Source of the DNA: a bacterium
GTDB lineage: Bacteria; Bdellovibrionota; UBA2428
Assembly (NCBI GenBank): GCA_009991595.1
Contig: JAACVK010000027.1
Location: forward strand, 22,587 to 86,586
Reading direction: 5' to 3'
Length of the DNA: 64,000 bases
Each line of letters starts with the position of its first letter. The stretch's first letter is position 1. Positions 9,318 through 20,184 of this stretch are shown piece by piece. Made by a program: the position numbers and the translations under genes. A model generated the notes under the pieces. That model was not told where the DNA came from, did no database searches, and saw only the letters and a list, made by a program, of their open reading frames with translations.

Positions 9318-12300
9318 ATGAAAGATCTCTTAAACTTTTTTGACAAACCGACCGATCCATTGAGCTTTTCTTCTGTGAAGATTAGCCTAGCTAACCGAGA
9401 TTTGGTTCTTGGTTGGTCTCGTGGTGAAGTTAAGAAGCCAGAAACGATTAACTACCGTACTTTTAAGCCTGAAAAAGACGGACTCTTTTGTGCCAAGATA
9501 TTTGGACCAATCAAAGATTATGAATGTCTTTGCGGTAAATATAAAAGAATGAAGTTTCGCGGAGTTATCTGCGAAAAGTGTGGTGTAGAAGTCACACAAG
9601 CTAAAGTTCGTCGAGAAAGAATGGGCCATATCGAACTTGTGACTCCCGTAGCACACGTTTGGTTTTTGCGCTCTTTACCTTCTCGTATTGGCTTAATGTT
9701 GGATGTCACTCTCAAAGACCTTGAAAGAGTTCTTTATTGCGAGGCTTACGTTGTTGTTGACCCTGCTGACACCGAGTTAAAAGAAGGTCAGATCCTAGGC
9801 GAAGATGAGTATGCCGAAGCTGTTAAAAACTTTGGCCATAAGTTCAAAGCCGGTATGGGTGGCGAAGCGATTCGTGATCTTCTCAGAAAGATTGACATTG
9901 TTAAGGCTTCTGAAGAAGTTCGCAGCGGTCTGGAAACTGCAACTAGCGAAGCTGCTCGTAAAAAATTCTCTAAGCGCTTAAAAGTGATTGAAGCCTTTAG
10001 AGAGTCTGGCAATGAGCCAACGAACATGATGATGGAAATCATTCCTGTGTTGCCTCCGGATTTGCGACCGTTGGTGCCTTTGGATGGTGGCCGTTTCGCT
10101 ACAAGTGATTTAAACGATCTTTATCGTCGAGTGATCAACCGTAACAACCGTTTACGCCGTTTGATGGAACTCAATGCCCCTGACATTATTATTCGAAACG
10201 AAAAACGAATGCTTCAAGAGGCAGTCGATGCTCTTTTTGACAATGGTCGTCGCGGTAAAGTTTTCACTGGTCCTAACAAGCGACCTTTACGTTCACTGTC
10301 GGACACCCTTAAAGGTAAGTCTGGTCGATTCCGTCAAAACCTTTTAGGAAAACGTGTCGATTACTCTGGACGTTCAGTTATCGTAGTTGGTCCTGAGCTT
10401 AAATTACATCAGTGCGGTCTTCCTAAGAAGATGGCTCTGGAATTATTTAAGCCTTTTATTTACAACAAACTTGAAGAACGTGGTTTTGTAACCACGATTA
10501 AGTCTGCCAAGAAAATGGTGGAGCGCGAGAAAGAAGAAGTTTGGGACATCTTGGACGAAGTCGTTCGAGAGCACCCAGTTATGCTTAACCGAGCTCCAAC
10601 ACTTCACCGTTTGGGAATTCAAGCTTTCGAACCTGTGCTTGTAGAAGGTAAAGCCATCCAGCTTCATCCTCTTGTTTGTACAGCTTTTAACGCTGACTTT
10701 GACGGTGACCAAATGGCCGTTCACGTACCTTTGTCGATTGAAGCTCAAATTGAAGCTCGCGTCCTAGTTATGTCTACTAACAACATCTTGAAGCCTGCTG
10801 ACGGAAAGCCGATCATCATGCCTTCTCAAGATATTGTTCTTGGGATTTACTACATGACTCGAATGCGTCCTGGAGCCAAAGGTGAAGGTCGCGTGTTTAC
10901 TTCTCCTAGTGAAGTGATTATGGCTTATGACCTTGGAGACATTGATCTTCAAGCAAAAGTTGAGTGCCGTTTGCACGGTACACGCGTTAAGACAACTGTT
11001 GGGCGTGTGATCTTCTCTGAGATTGTCCCTGAAGATATTCCATTCGAAGTTTACAACAAGACTTTGGCCAAGAAAGATCAGGCCGAGCTTTTGGATATTT
11101 GCTATCGGATGCTAGGGCCTAAGAAGACAGTTCTTTTGGCAGATTCACTTCGTAGCATTGGTTACCGTTTTGGTACCAAAGCCGGAATTTCAATCGCCAT
11201 GAAGGATATGGAAATTCCTGAAAGCAAGGTCAAATTCGTTGATGCTGCTTATCAGGAAGTTAAAGCCATTGAGAATCAATACATTGAAGGTTTGATTACT
11301 GATGGTGAGCGCTACAATAAGGTTATTGATATTTGGGCTCAGGTTGGTGAGAACATTTCAGGTGAAATGATGAAAAACCTTAGCCGTGAAACAATCGTTA
11401 CAATGGATGGAAAGGAAGTTGAAACTCAATCTTTCAATTCTATCTACGTAATGGCTGATTCTGGAGCTCGAGGCTCTCCGACTCAAATTAAGCAGTTGGC
11501 TGGTATGCGTGGATTGATGGCTAAACCATCTGGAGAAATCATTGAAACACCGATTACGGCGAACTTCCGTGAAGGGTTGACTGTACTTCAGTACTTCACC
11601 TCAACTCATGGTGCTCGTAAAGGTCTGGCCGATACTGCTCTTAAAACAGCAAACTCTGGTTACTTGACTCGTCGTTTGGTCGACGTTGCACAAGATGCAA
11701 CCGTTACTGAACTAGATTGTGGAACTACCGACGGTCTCGAAATGACTGATCTTATGGACGGTGGTGACTTAATTGAATCTCTTGGAGATCGTATATTAGG
11801 ACGCGTTACTCTTGAAGATGTTAAGTATCCAAACTCCGACACTGTGATTGTTCCCGAAGGTCATATGATCGATGAGAAGCTTGTGACCATGCTTGAAGAA
11901 GCAGGGGTTGATAAAGTTCGAATTCGTTCAGTTCTGACTTGTAACGCAAAACGCGGTATTTGCTGTAGGTGTTATGGTCGAGATCTTGCTCGAGGCCATT
12001 TGGTGAACATTGGTGAAGCAGTCGGTGTTATCGCTGCTCAATCGATTGGTGAGCCAGGAACTCAGCTAACGATGAGAACGTTCCACATTGGTGGTGCGGC
12101 AACTCGAAGAGCTGAACAATCTTCTTACGAGTGTAGAACGGCCGGTACTGTGAAAATCTCAAGAGCGACTCTTATTAAAGATCGTGACGGAGTTGAAACA
12201 GTGCTTAGTCGTAACTCTGAAGTTATTGTTGTCGATGACTCAGGTCGTGAACGTGAACGTTATAACTTGGTTTACGGTGCTAAACTTCGTGTTACTGACG

Positions 12301-13442
12301 GACAAGAAATTCCTAAGGGAACTGTTCTTAGTACATGGGATCCGTATTCCTTGCCTATCATGACTCAGTACGAGGGAACTGCTCAGTACGTAGACATGAA
12401 AGAAGGCGTAACAATCCAAGAGCAACAAGATGAAGTGACCGGCTTGACTCGTCGTCAAGTGATCGATCACAAGGGTGCAACAACTGGTTTAAGACCTCGC
12501 ATCGACATTGTTGTCGCTGGAGAAGTGAAGCATTCTTATGTAGTTCCTGTTGGAGCTACAATTAACATTGCTGATGGAACGGAAGTTCGAGCGGCTGATT
12601 CGTTGGCCAAAGTGCCTCGTGAATCTGGTAAGACAAAAGATATCACGGGTGGTTTGCCTCGCGTCGCGGAACTTTTTGAAGCTCGTAAGCCAAAAGAGTG
12701 TGCAGTTATTGCAGACTTTGATGGAACCATTACTTACGGTAAAGACACCAAAGGAAAGAAAAAAGTTATTTTAACTTCTGAAGGTGGATCTGAGCAGAAG
12801 GAATATTTAATTCCTCGCGGCAAGCACATCATCGTTCAAGAAGGTGACTTTATTCGACTTGGCGAGCGCATCATTGATGGCGCGGCTAACCCGCATGACA
12901 TCCTAGCTGTACTTGGCGAGAAAGCTCTTGCTCAATATCTAGTCGATGAAGTGCAAGAAGTTTATCGTCTTCAAGGTGTGAAGATCAACGACAAGCACAT
13001 TGAAGTGATTGTTCGTCAGATGTTGCGTCGTGTGAAGGTGGCTGATGCTGGTGATACAAACTTGCTAGTTGGTGAATCTGTAGAGAAGTTTGTTCTTTAC
13101 GACATCAATGACAAGGTTCGTGAAATGGGCGGTAAAGAAGCGACAACAGAACCGTTGTTACTTGGTATCACTCGAGCCAGCTTGTCGACTGAAAGCTGGA
13201 TTTCAGCTGCCAGTTTCCAAGAAACAACGAAAGTTCTTACCGAAGCTTCTATTAGTGGGAGAGTGGACTTCCTTCGCGGACTCAAAGAGAACGTGTCAAT
13301 GGGTCGCTTGATTCCTGCGGGTACTGGAATTAACCAATATTCCACTATTCGACCTGAGATGGATGTTGAGGAAGAAGCTTTACCAGTGGGTCGTGCTTAC
13401 CAAGCACCTCCAATTGAAGAAACCGATGAGGCGAGTCCTTAA
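9318..13442 (+). CDS. rpoC: DNA-directed RNA polymerase beta' subunit
   Basis: 1374 aa with Zn-finger CLCGKYK...CEKCGVEV and the catalytic motif [12 protein letters not shown]. Confidence 0.99.
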   Translation: MKDLLNFFDKPTDPLSFSSVKISLANRDLVLGWSRGEVKKPETINYRTFKPEKDGLFCAKIFGPIKDYECLCGKYKRMKFRGVICEKCGVEVTQAKVRRERMGHIELVTPVAHVWFLRSLPSRIGLMLDVTLKDLERVLYCEAYVVVDPADTELKEGQILGEDEYAEAVKNFGHKFKAGMGGEAIRDLLRKIDIVKASEEVRSGLETATSEAARKKFSKRLKVIEAFRESGNEPTNMMMEIIPVLPPDLRPLVPLDGGRFATSDLNDLYRRVINRNNRLRRLMELNAPDIIIRNEKRMLQEAVDALFDNGRRGKVFTGPNKRPLRSLSDTLKGKSGRFRQNLLGKRVDYSGRSVIVVGPELKLHQCGLPKKMALELFKPFIYNKLEERGFVTTIKSAKKMVEREKEEVWDILDEVVREHPVMLNRAPTLHRLGIQAFEPVLVEGKAIQLHPLVCTAFNADFDGDQMAVHVPLSIEAQIEARVLVMSTNNILKPADGKPIIMPSQDIVLGIYYMTRMRPGAKGEGRVFTSPSEVIMAYDLGDIDLQAKVECRLHGTRVKTTVGRVIFSEIVPEDIPFEVYNKTLAKKDQAELLDICYRMLGPKKTVLLADSLRSIGYRFGTKAGISIAMKDMEIPESKVKFVDAAYQEVKAIENQYIEGLITDGERYNKVIDIWAQVGENISGEMMKNLSRETIVTMDGKEVETQSFNSIYVMADSGARGSPTQIKQLAGMRGLMAKPSGEIIETPITANFREGLTVLQYFTSTHGARKGLADTALKTANSGYLTRRLVDVAQDATVTELDCGTTDGLEMTDLMDGGDLIESLGDRILGRVTLEDVKYPNSDTVIVPEGHMIDEKLVTMLEEAGVDKVRIRSVLTCNAKRGICCRCYGRDLARGHLVNIGEAVGVIAAQSIGEPGTQLTMRTFHIGGAATRRAEQSSYECRTAGTVKISRATLIKDRDGVETVLSRNSEVIVVDDSGRERERYNLVYGAKLRVTDGQEIPKGTVLSTWDPYSLPIMTQYEGTAQYVDMKEGVTIQEQQDEVTGLTRRQVIDHKGATTGLRPRIDIVVAGEVKHSYVVPVGATINIADGTEVRAADSLAKVPRESGKTKDITGGLPRVAELFEARKPKECAVIADFDGTITYGKDTKGKKKVILTSEGGSEQKEYLIPRGKHIIVQEGDFIRLGERIIDGAANPHDILAVLGEKALAQYLVDEVQEVYRLQGVKINDKHIEVIVRQMLRRVKVADAGDTNLLVGESVEKFVLYDINDKVREMGGKEATTEPLLLGITRASLSTESWISAASFQETTKVLTEASISGRVDFLRGLKENVSMGRLIPAGTGINQYSTIRPEMDVEEEALPVGRAYQAPPIEETDEASP

Positions 13443-13475
13443 TTAGCCTCTAAGGCATATTTAGCTTTTAGCTAC

Positions 13476-13513
13476 AAAGGGTTGTTGGTCTTAGGATCAG
13501 CAACCCTTTTTTT
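13476..13513. terminator. Hairpin terminator between convergent rpoC and the glycosyltransferase gene
   Basis: Stem aaagggttg (13476-13484) / caacccttt (13501-13509), T-run on the plus strand and A-run on the other side. It could act in both directions. Confidence 0.6.
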
Positions 13514-13520
13514 GTGAGCA

Positions 13521-14462
13521 TTATTGCTCAGAGTTTCGTGCGCGTGAAAGGAGCGCAAGTGCTCCTAGTTGTCGTTTGTTCCCTTGAAAACGAAACCCTT
13601 TTTGATGAAATTTGAACGCGTTTAGAATTCCACCTTTGCTTAGGTGTTCAATAAAGTCGATGATGACATCGTGATGATTCCGTGAATAGCTCATAAGGGC
13701 ATGCGCCTGATGAACTCTTCCAAAAAGAGATCTCGATAGGGAGGGGCGATCTTGTAGAAAATCGTTTAAACCTCTCTTAGTTCCGGCTCCACTCACGTTG
13801 GCGGGATGAGTACGATAACAGACTAAAGCCTCACTAATGTATGAGTTTGTGCCTCCCGTGCAAAGGCTTACTAGTGCTGCCCACCAGTCGTGCATGAGAG
13901 CTTCGTCTGGAATAGGAAGACAAAGTTTAGCGAGTTCTGCGTTGATGCTTGTTGCACATCCAACAATGAAGTTTTGGCACAAGATTTTTTTGAGATCGTT
14001 GGCAGACTCTTTGGGGGTGAAGGCCATTGATTGCATGTAAGACGAATGAAGGGGGGTGAGGTTTGAGTCACAGTGAATGAGGTCGGAGAAAACAAGGCCA
14101 GGACCTGATATTTCTTTAAAGCGATCAACGGTGCGTTTGAGTTTTGCTCTAGTCCATTTGTCGTCTTGATCGCAGAAAGATATGATTTTAGCGCCTTGTT
14201 CGAGTGAATGTTGGAGGAGCGCCGCAAAACTTTTTATAGGCCCTAGGTTTTCTCCCCCCAACAAAGATAGCACTTCAATTCGATGATCCCTCTTGCTCCA
14301 TTGCTCTAGTATCTTTGTTGTATCATCAGAGGACCCATCGTCCCGAATCCAAAGCTTCCAGTTGCTATGAGATTGGCTCAGAATGCTTTCTAATTGAGTT
14401 GGTAGGTGTTTGGCTCCATTGTAGGTGCTCAAAACTATATCAACGCGAGACTCTTCCTGCAT
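13521..14462 (-). CDS. Family 2 glycosyltransferase (rhamnosyltransferase-like)
   Basis: 313 aa. The N-terminus VDIVLSTYNGAKHLPTQLESILSQS...IRDDGSSDDT and the DxD-like CDQDD are typical of a GT-A/GT2 fold. Confidence 0.8.
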   Translation of the reverse strand: MQEESRVDIVLSTYNGAKHLPTQLESILSQSHSNWKLWIRDDGSSDDTTKILEQWSKRDHRIEVLSLLGGENLGPIKSFAALLQHSLEQGAKIISFCDQDDKWTRAKLKRTVDRFKEISGPGLVFSDLIHCDSNLTPLHSSYMQSMAFTPKESANDLKKILCQNFIVGCATSINAELAKLCLPIPDEALMHDWWAALVSLCTGGTNSYISEALVCYRTHPANVSGAGTKRGLNDFLQDRPSLSRSLFGRVHQAHALMSYSRNHHDVIIDFIEHLSKGGILNAFKFHQKGFRFQGNKRQLGALALLSRARNSEQ

Positions 14463-14538
14463 AAACTCATAATACTACGAGTTGATAGGGCTGGTTATGT
14501 GGTTTAAGAAAATGTCTAAGTTTGGGGTGGAGGAGCTT

Positions 14539-15072
14539 ATGATAAAATCTTTAGTCTTCGTAATGATTACGCTTTTTGCGGGGATTGTGCACGCCGATCA
14601 GCGAGCCTTTCTCTCTTGCGGAGATCCAGGCCGCTCCGGTTCATTTAAGAATGTCCTTACAATCTTTCAGCATGCAGACGATGTTGTTGAAGCTTGTCCT
14701 TATTGCCGTAACCTTCAATTGGTCTATGATGATAAAAGTTACGAATCCTTTAGCCCCTATGCCAATCAAGTTTTTATCACAGTTTTAGATCCTGATTTAA
14801 CCGAGCCTTTGGCTCAAGTTCAGAGAGATTTAACTCCATTGTGGAACGATCCCATGGCACCTTCTGTTGGAAGGTTGAATATAAACTTTGAGTCGGTTGC
14901 TCCGAGTTTAGCTCGATTGAATGTTCAGCTAACCTTTGTTGGACCTTCTTGCGAGGATGAGGCCCCAGAGTGCGATCAACTCGTTGTTAAGGATGTATGC
15001 AGTACAATGGCCTCTAGTTTGTTTGAATTGATCCCGCAATTTTCCTATCCAAATAGTCCACTTTTCCCCTAA
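14539..15072 (+). CDS. Hypothetical secreted protein (Cys-containing)
   Basis: ATG at 14539 preceded by ggagg. Signal peptide MIKSLVFVMITLFAGIVHA. The track ORF begins at an upstream TTG (14482). No family recognised. Confidence 0.6.
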   Translation: MIKSLVFVMITLFAGIVHADQRAFLSCGDPGRSGSFKNVLTIFQHADDVVEACPYCRNLQLVYDDKSYESFSPYANQVFITVLDPDLTEPLAQVQRDLTPLWNDPMAPSVGRLNINFESVAPSLARLNVQLTFVGPSCEDEAPECDQLVVKDVCSTMASSLFELIPQFSYPNSPLFP

Positions 15073-15228
15073 CTGCCTGGAATATTTAGCTACAATTTTT
15101 TACTAAGACCTACAGGTTAGATGAAAAAATCGGATCAATATAACTGCTCGATTTTTCTTCCTTGCTTCAAGCCGTTAAGACTTAATTTTACGGAGGATTT
15201 AAATTTGTGAGAATATGGTTAGAATAAA

Positions 15229-16311
15229 GTGGTGCGCTCGGTAAATATTTATCTTCGATGCGTCGCTTTGTTTGCTCTATTCTTGTCGGGGGGCGAACTG
15301 GCAAGCGGAGCGGCGCCAGTACCTACTAAGCAATCTTTTGCTGAGGAAGTACAAGAGCGTTTGGAATCACTGGGGCTTGATGAGCAAGATTACCAAAAGA
15401 TTATTCAATATGTGTCTGGGAATGAGTTTCAGAATGATCCTGAAAGCTCCATCGATTGGAATGAGGGCGAGGATTTTGCCTCTCTTGGTATGGGGCATTT
15501 TATCTGGTACCCAGAAGGTGTCGAACAAAAATTTACAGAGAGCTTCCCAAAAATGGCTGTTGTTTTATGGAGAAGTTGGCCGACTTCGTCTGACATTCCT
15601 CCCCAGTTAAGAAGCGCTTTTAATTATTCGAAGGAATTTATTTTCAAGAGTAGTGGTGAGGTGAGGTTTTGCCCATGGGCCAAAAGAACTAGCTTCTTTG
15701 CATGGAAAGAACAAAACCCAATTGAATGGGGCTATCTGATCAGTTTTATCAATCACCCCATGATTAAAAGGATACAACTGGCTTATATGGACCAAGACTT
15801 TCGAGAAGCTATTGTGAGACTTTATGATGAAGTTGATTCTAATGATGATCTTGTAGCCATGGAGGCCTCTAGTGGTGAAACGGTGGCCTCCGTTCGCCAA
15901 CACCTCCGCTCAGTAATCTTATCCTTGCTGACGAGTAAGGAGGGGACTACTGCGTTAATGGATTATGTGAACTTTAAGGGTGATGGAACTGACTCTAGAA
16001 TGCGATATTCAAATGTAGGCTGGGGTCTGCAACAGGTTTTGTACTGGACCGACCTAAAATCGGGCTCTTTGGAGCAGTTAAAATCTCTGGCGCGAGCTGC
16101 TCTGAACCGTCTAACTAGAAGAGCGATGCTTTCTGGTCGAGAGATAGAGAGAGAGGTTTGGATACATGGTTGGGCTAATCGAGTTCTCGGTTACGGCTAT
16201 CTAGATTCAGATTCCTATATCCAGAATATGAAACGAGAGCGCAAGCCCGATGGAAAACTTAGCTGGCCTAAGCTTCATATCGGAGATCGCGCTCTACGCC
16301 AATTGTTTTAA
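15229..16311 (+). CDS. Hypothetical secreted protein
   Basis: 360-aa ORF with a GTG start, a weak RBS and a signal-like N-terminus CVALFALFLSGGELASGA. No family recognised with confidence. Confidence 0.55.
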   Translation: MVRSVNIYLRCVALFALFLSGGELASGAAPVPTKQSFAEEVQERLESLGLDEQDYQKIIQYVSGNEFQNDPESSIDWNEGEDFASLGMGHFIWYPEGVEQKFTESFPKMAVVLWRSWPTSSDIPPQLRSAFNYSKEFIFKSSGEVRFCPWAKRTSFFAWKEQNPIEWGYLISFINHPMIKRIQLAYMDQDFREAIVRLYDEVDSNDDLVAMEASSGETVASVRQHLRSVILSLLTSKEGTTALMDYVNFKGDGTDSRMRYSNVGWGLQQVLYWTDLKSGSLEQLKSLARAALNRLTRRAMLSGREIEREVWIHGWANRVLGYGYLDSDSYIQNMKRERKPDGKLSWPKLHIGDRALRQLF

Positions 16312-16634
16312 AACCCTCTAGGCTTATTACAGCAGGTCATGGTTACGTTCTTTACTGAACGATCATGGTTACTTCTGTTTTCACATACTAGATTCATAGA
16401 AGTTAGTGAGTTGAGACTTTCAGAACATCGCAAGCCTTGTTGAGTTCTAAAGGCAAGTCCATAGTAATAAGGGAACTGAGCATAGCTGCAGCTGTAGGTT
16501 TCTGAGTCTTGTTCTCGGCCTTCCACGGTAAATCCCTCATGGTTTGAATAAACACATTCAGTTGCGTGTAGGCTAAAGCTACAAGAGAATAAAAACAGAG
16601 CAGATAATAACGACTTACAGTAAACGTACTTCAT
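16308..16634 (-). CDS. Small Cys-rich secreted protein, hypothetical
   Basis: 108 aa. Strong SD (aaggag) 7 nt before the ATG. Signal peptide ends ...FSLHA. Six Cys residues in the ~84-aa mature part. Confidence 0.6.
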   Translation of the reverse strand: MKYVYCKSLLSALFLFSCSFSLHATECVYSNHEGFTVEGREQDSETYSCSYAQFPYYYGLAFRTQQGLRCSESLNSLTSMNLVCENRSNHDRSVKNVTMTCCNKPRGF

Positions 16635-16709
16635 AATAGGTCTCCTTCTTCTATATTTCTTGATAGTTGAGATAGAAGAAGTTTTGCTACTTAAAAGTTC
16701 TGTTGGAGG

Positions 16710-17093
16710 CTACAAGCCTCCCCCGATAAACTCAGAAATTTCAATTTCGTTTCCATCTGGGTCTTCTATGTAGAGTGATCTACTCTTGGGGTAGCGGGTT
16801 ACACCACCGTATAGCAGTTCTATATTCTTAGCTTTAAGAGTCTCTAAAGTTTGGTCAAAATTGTCGACGTTCAATCCAATGTGCTTAACGTTACTCGCAG
16901 TGACTGTTTGGTCTGTTTCGTATAGGCAGTACATTAATTTTCCGCTGATGCCTATGATCGCCCAGGGTCGCTGTTCCCGGCCTGTGCCACGCTCTTTCTC
17001 TTCAAAGCTAAAAAGACTCTTGTAGAAGTCGAGAGACTTTTGAAGGTTTTTAACATCCATATTCACATGGTCAATTGAGTTTACTTTAATCAT
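16710..17093 (-). CDS. VOC (glyoxalase/bleomycin-resistance/dioxygenase) family protein
   Basis: 127 aa from the ATG at 17093 (SD aagagg). Contains IDHVNMDVKNLQKSLDFY...HIGLNVDNFD...YIEDPDGNEIEI. The track start at 17189 adds an implausible K/N-rich 32 aa. Confidence 0.75.
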   Translation of the reverse strand: MIKVNSIDHVNMDVKNLQKSLDFYKSLFSFEEKERGTGREQRPWAIIGISGKLMYCLYETDQTVTASNVKHIGLNVDNFDQTLETLKAKNIELLYGGVTRYPKSRSLYIEDPDGNEIEISEFIGGGL

Positions 17094-17547
17094 TACGAAC
17101 CTCTTCGTTATAAGAGCCTTAGGCTCAGCGTGCTTGTTTGTGTGAGTGTTACGGGTTTGTTTTTTGTTTTCATTCTTTAGCTCCTTCACCTCTTTATCTC
17201 TTGAAATATTAAAGAGGTGAATTTGATAATTTTTATGTCAATATAGAAAAAGTTGATTGGATTGCTTAGAAGGAGGCTCTTCCCCAAAGACTTCAGTTTG
17301 GGGATCTGTGGCTAGAAGGATGTGTTTCAATCTAGCGTGTAAAATTTAACTGTAGAATTTTAAAGAAAAGTAGATAGTTTATAGATTCTTTTAAGAGCAT
17401 CGACTGAAACCTTTACACTCCAAGCCTTTGAAAAGCATAGCAAAGCCCCAAAGTGACAATTTGCGGAGGGAGTGTACAGAATACTTACTCTTTACAGGCA
17501 TTTAGAAAAGCCTACAATGGGGCCGTTGATTGTTTGAGGTATTTACT

Positions 17548-18804
17548 ATGAGAGTTGAAAAGAATTTATTAATAGCAGCGATGGCAACGGTCCCTTTTTT
17601 CACATGCTCGCTAGAAGCGCAAGAATCTTCTTCAGGCGGAATCCATCAGATGTCTACTCTAGAAACTCGTAGTCTCGAATCTACCTTTGAACCAACGGTT
17701 CAAGATAAGTTAGCCCCACAAAACTCAAGCAGCTTTTCATCTACCCCTCTTAGCTCAACGAGCTCCGACCCTTTTAAAGAGTTAAGTCCATTTGCAGGGC
17801 CAACCATATGTGGAGTGAAGAAGTCAGATATTCTTAGTTTGGCAGAGTTCCAGTTTAAAATTTCTGAACTCGAGAATCGTTATGCTTCTGGCCAAAATTC
17901 AGTTTCCATCAATACCTACAAATCAAATAGTCCAACAGTTTACTTTAATCGATATTCCAAAGAGCTCGAAGCCTTGAGTTCCGCTTTGGAGCTTTCTTCC
18001 AGCGAATCTATATTAGCCTTTGCCCTAGGGCAGACACCTGTTGAAGGGGCTCCTATTAGCTCTTGGGTTGCAGTGGAAACTGATCAGTGGACTTATTTTT
18101 TGAAAACAGTCGATAAAGGGGAGAGAAACTTAGTTTTTTATAAACGAGATCAATTGGGCAATAAACAAGAATTAAAGTGTTCCAACCAGGAGCTCTTCGC
18201 TCTAAATGATTTACTTAGAAACTCACATAGAAAAAACTCAATTCGTTTAGCGCGCCATATGGATGAAGTTCAGGGTAGCTACTTTCAGTGTGATGGAGCT
18301 GAGAAGAATCCTTTGTTTTTTATTGGCAAAACAAAACAAGAAATTAATTCAATATTTGCTCGTAAAGGAGTCAACATCGTGAGCGGTGGCCGAAGTGTTC
18401 GATTGGGTGACTATATTTATGAGTTCTATTTCACTGAAGATGATAGGATAAGCGCCTTAACGATATCTCCTCGTGTGAGCGGGAGATGGGATCAAGGCGA
18501 GGTAGAGGGTAAGCTTCTCCCTTATACAGAGGCAGTTACTACTAGGGCAGATCCTGCACAGGACTTAAGTCGAATTGGTGGAGATCGATTCTTGATTTCA
18601 GACCGCATTGTCAAAATTTCCGACGACTGCTTGTTGGGTATGGGGAATTTACAGGGGAAGATCGCGGTGTGGAGCGAGTTTTTAGTGGCTCTTCCCGGGG
18701 AAGAATTCCCAAGTTCTAGAGTGGAAAGTTCATTTACTAGTTCGGATAAGACTAGATTTCTTTTGGTCAACGGTAAAATCGTAGACTTTGATAGGAAGCG
18801 ATAA
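17548..18804 (+). CDS. Hypothetical secreted protein with Ser-rich linker
   Basis: 418 aa from the ATG at 17548 (SD gaggt). Signal-like LLIAAMATVPFFTCSLEA followed by a Ser-rich low-complexity stretch. No family recognised. Confidence 0.6.
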   Translation: MRVEKNLLIAAMATVPFFTCSLEAQESSSGGIHQMSTLETRSLESTFEPTVQDKLAPQNSSSFSSTPLSSTSSDPFKELSPFAGPTICGVKKSDILSLAEFQFKISELENRYASGQNSVSINTYKSNSPTVYFNRYSKELEALSSALELSSSESILAFALGQTPVEGAPISSWVAVETDQWTYFLKTVDKGERNLVFYKRDQLGNKQELKCSNQELFALNDLLRNSHRKNSIRLARHMDEVQGSYFQCDGAEKNPLFFIGKTKQEINSIFARKGVNIVSGGRSVRLGDYIYEFYFTEDDRISALTISPRVSGRWDQGEVEGKLLPYTEAVTTRADPAQDLSRIGGDRFLISDRIVKISDDCLLGMGNLQGKIAVWSEFLVALPGEEFPSSRVESSFTSSDKTRFLLVNGKIVDFDRKR

Positions 18805-18832
18805 TTTACTCTCAAGTTAGGTTGGTGATGTT

Positions 18833-19447
18833 GTGTTGAGATTAGTCGATTTGAAGGTTTTTATAGCGTTGCTTGCCATAAGTTATTCTTTCAACAGCAT
18901 GAGCGATATTTACGAGAGTATTGAGAATGGTCGGAAGTATAAAATAGATATTAAAACCGGTGGAAGAGACAATCAGATAGACGGTTTTTGGGGCACTCAA
19001 AAAATTAGCTTGTTTGTAGACCCAGTGAAACTAGCCGTTAAAGGTAGTATTGGAATCGATGCAATCCCTGGAGTGGCTGAAGCCCAGTTGAAGAAGATTC
19101 AAATCTTACTAGAGTTTCCAGGCACTGGAGCGGCTAGTGCAAAGGGAAGCTCTTATTGTGGAGCCGTGAAGATAGATCTTGACCCTCGCTCTTTAAAATT
19201 AACGGACCGTTCGTGTTTGGGCTCTAAGCTCTATAACGGTAAAGATCGCTTGGGCGGCGGGCGTGGAACTGATTACGTTAGCGCAAACCTCCTGTTAGCT
19301 GATTTCAAAAGACGAGTACTAGAGCTTGCGACTTTGGGGTTGCCTAGCGGGGTTCGCGACCAGGCTAAAGCTTTTATAGAAGACCGGTTGTTTCAAACAA
19401 ATTTAGATAGACAGCGACGTTTAGAGAGCCGGGAGCTTCGGCGATGA
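18833..19447 (+). CDS. Hypothetical protein with hydrophobic N-terminus
   Basis: 204-aa ORF with a GTG start. Its stop overlaps the next ORF start (ATGA at 19444). Confidence 0.5.
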   Translation: MLRLVDLKVFIALLAISYSFNSMSDIYESIENGRKYKIDIKTGGRDNQIDGFWGTQKISLFVDPVKLAVKGSIGIDAIPGVAEAQLKKIQILLEFPGTGAASAKGSSYCGAVKIDLDPRSLKLTDRSCLGSKLYNGKDRLGGGRGTDYVSANLLLADFKRRVLELATLGLPSGVRDQAKAFIEDRLFQTNLDRQRRLESRELRR

Positions 19448-20016
19448 AGTTAAATCATTTTTTCCCGAGAAGCTATTTCTCTTTGATGGTGGCTGTACTG
19501 AGTTTCTATTTATATGCTTGTTTGGAGGAGGGAAGTTACTCGGAAAATACTTCTCATGGGAGGCTGGAAAGAGGGCTTAGCATCAAGGAAGCTGTTGTTT
19601 CTGGGTCACCTCTCTATAACTTTCATCTTTCCTTTCAAAAACAAGATTTAATGAGCGAGGCAGCTTACTCAATGGCTGTTGTGCGAGTGCATGTAAGGAG
19701 CGATGGGTCGGAGATGGCTCTGGTCGAGATAAACCCCTCTGGTGAGTCTTGTGAGTCTTTATATAGATTGGTTGAGTTGTCTCCAGAGTCAGACCAAGTC
19801 TCTGTTTCATCTATTTTTGGTACCTGTGCACCTTTCTCTGAGTTGGACATGAATGAACAGGGATTTCGCATGATTTCGGCCGAATGGTCTAGAAATGAGC
19901 AATCTCTACCGAGTCAGTCTTTTTTACCGAGATTAGGTTTCAAAGAGTTTCGAGTGACCAAAGGGCAGGTCGTTGAATCCGATGTGAGATACGCCAAGGC
20001 TAAGGTAGGCGGCTAA
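19444..20016 (+). CDS. Hypothetical protein, possible lipoprotein
   Basis: 190 aa with N-terminal SLMVAVLSFYLYAC (lipobox-like LYAC). Translationally coupled to the upstream ORF. Confidence 0.5.
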   Translation: MKLNHFFPRSYFSLMVAVLSFYLYACLEEGSYSENTSHGRLERGLSIKEAVVSGSPLYNFHLSFQKQDLMSEAAYSMAVVRVHVRSDGSEMALVEINPSGESCESLYRLVELSPESDQVSVSSIFGTCAPFSELDMNEQGFRMISAEWSRNEQSLPSQSFLPRLGFKEFRVTKGQVVESDVRYAKAKVGG

Positions 20017-20067
20017 GTGCTCGAAATGAAAAAGACAATAACTTTTGCTTCTTTTTGATAAAATTCC

Positions 20068-20097
20068 TTGAAAGAGCTTCTTCAAAGAAGCATAAAT
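20068..20097 (+). promoter_or_regulatory. Candidate sigma70 promoter for rpsL-rpsG
   Basis: TTGAAA (20068-20073), 18-nt spacer, ATAAAT (20092-20097), ~90 nt upstream of rpsL. Confidence 0.35.
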
Positions 20098-20184
20098 TGC
20101 GGTTCTGAGCGCAGCTTAAGTTGACATTCGGCCTAATGCCACGCTAAGGAATACGGGTTCTTAAAGGAATTGGAGTAAGAAGGT

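Noticed and set aside
13443-20184. Possibility that the rpoC-rpsL insert is a classical mobile genomic island or prophage remnant.
   Set aside because: No integrase, transposase, phage or conjugation genes are present. It has no tRNA at either border, and I could find no flanking direct or inverted repeats by eye. I kept it as an accessory block of unknown origin.
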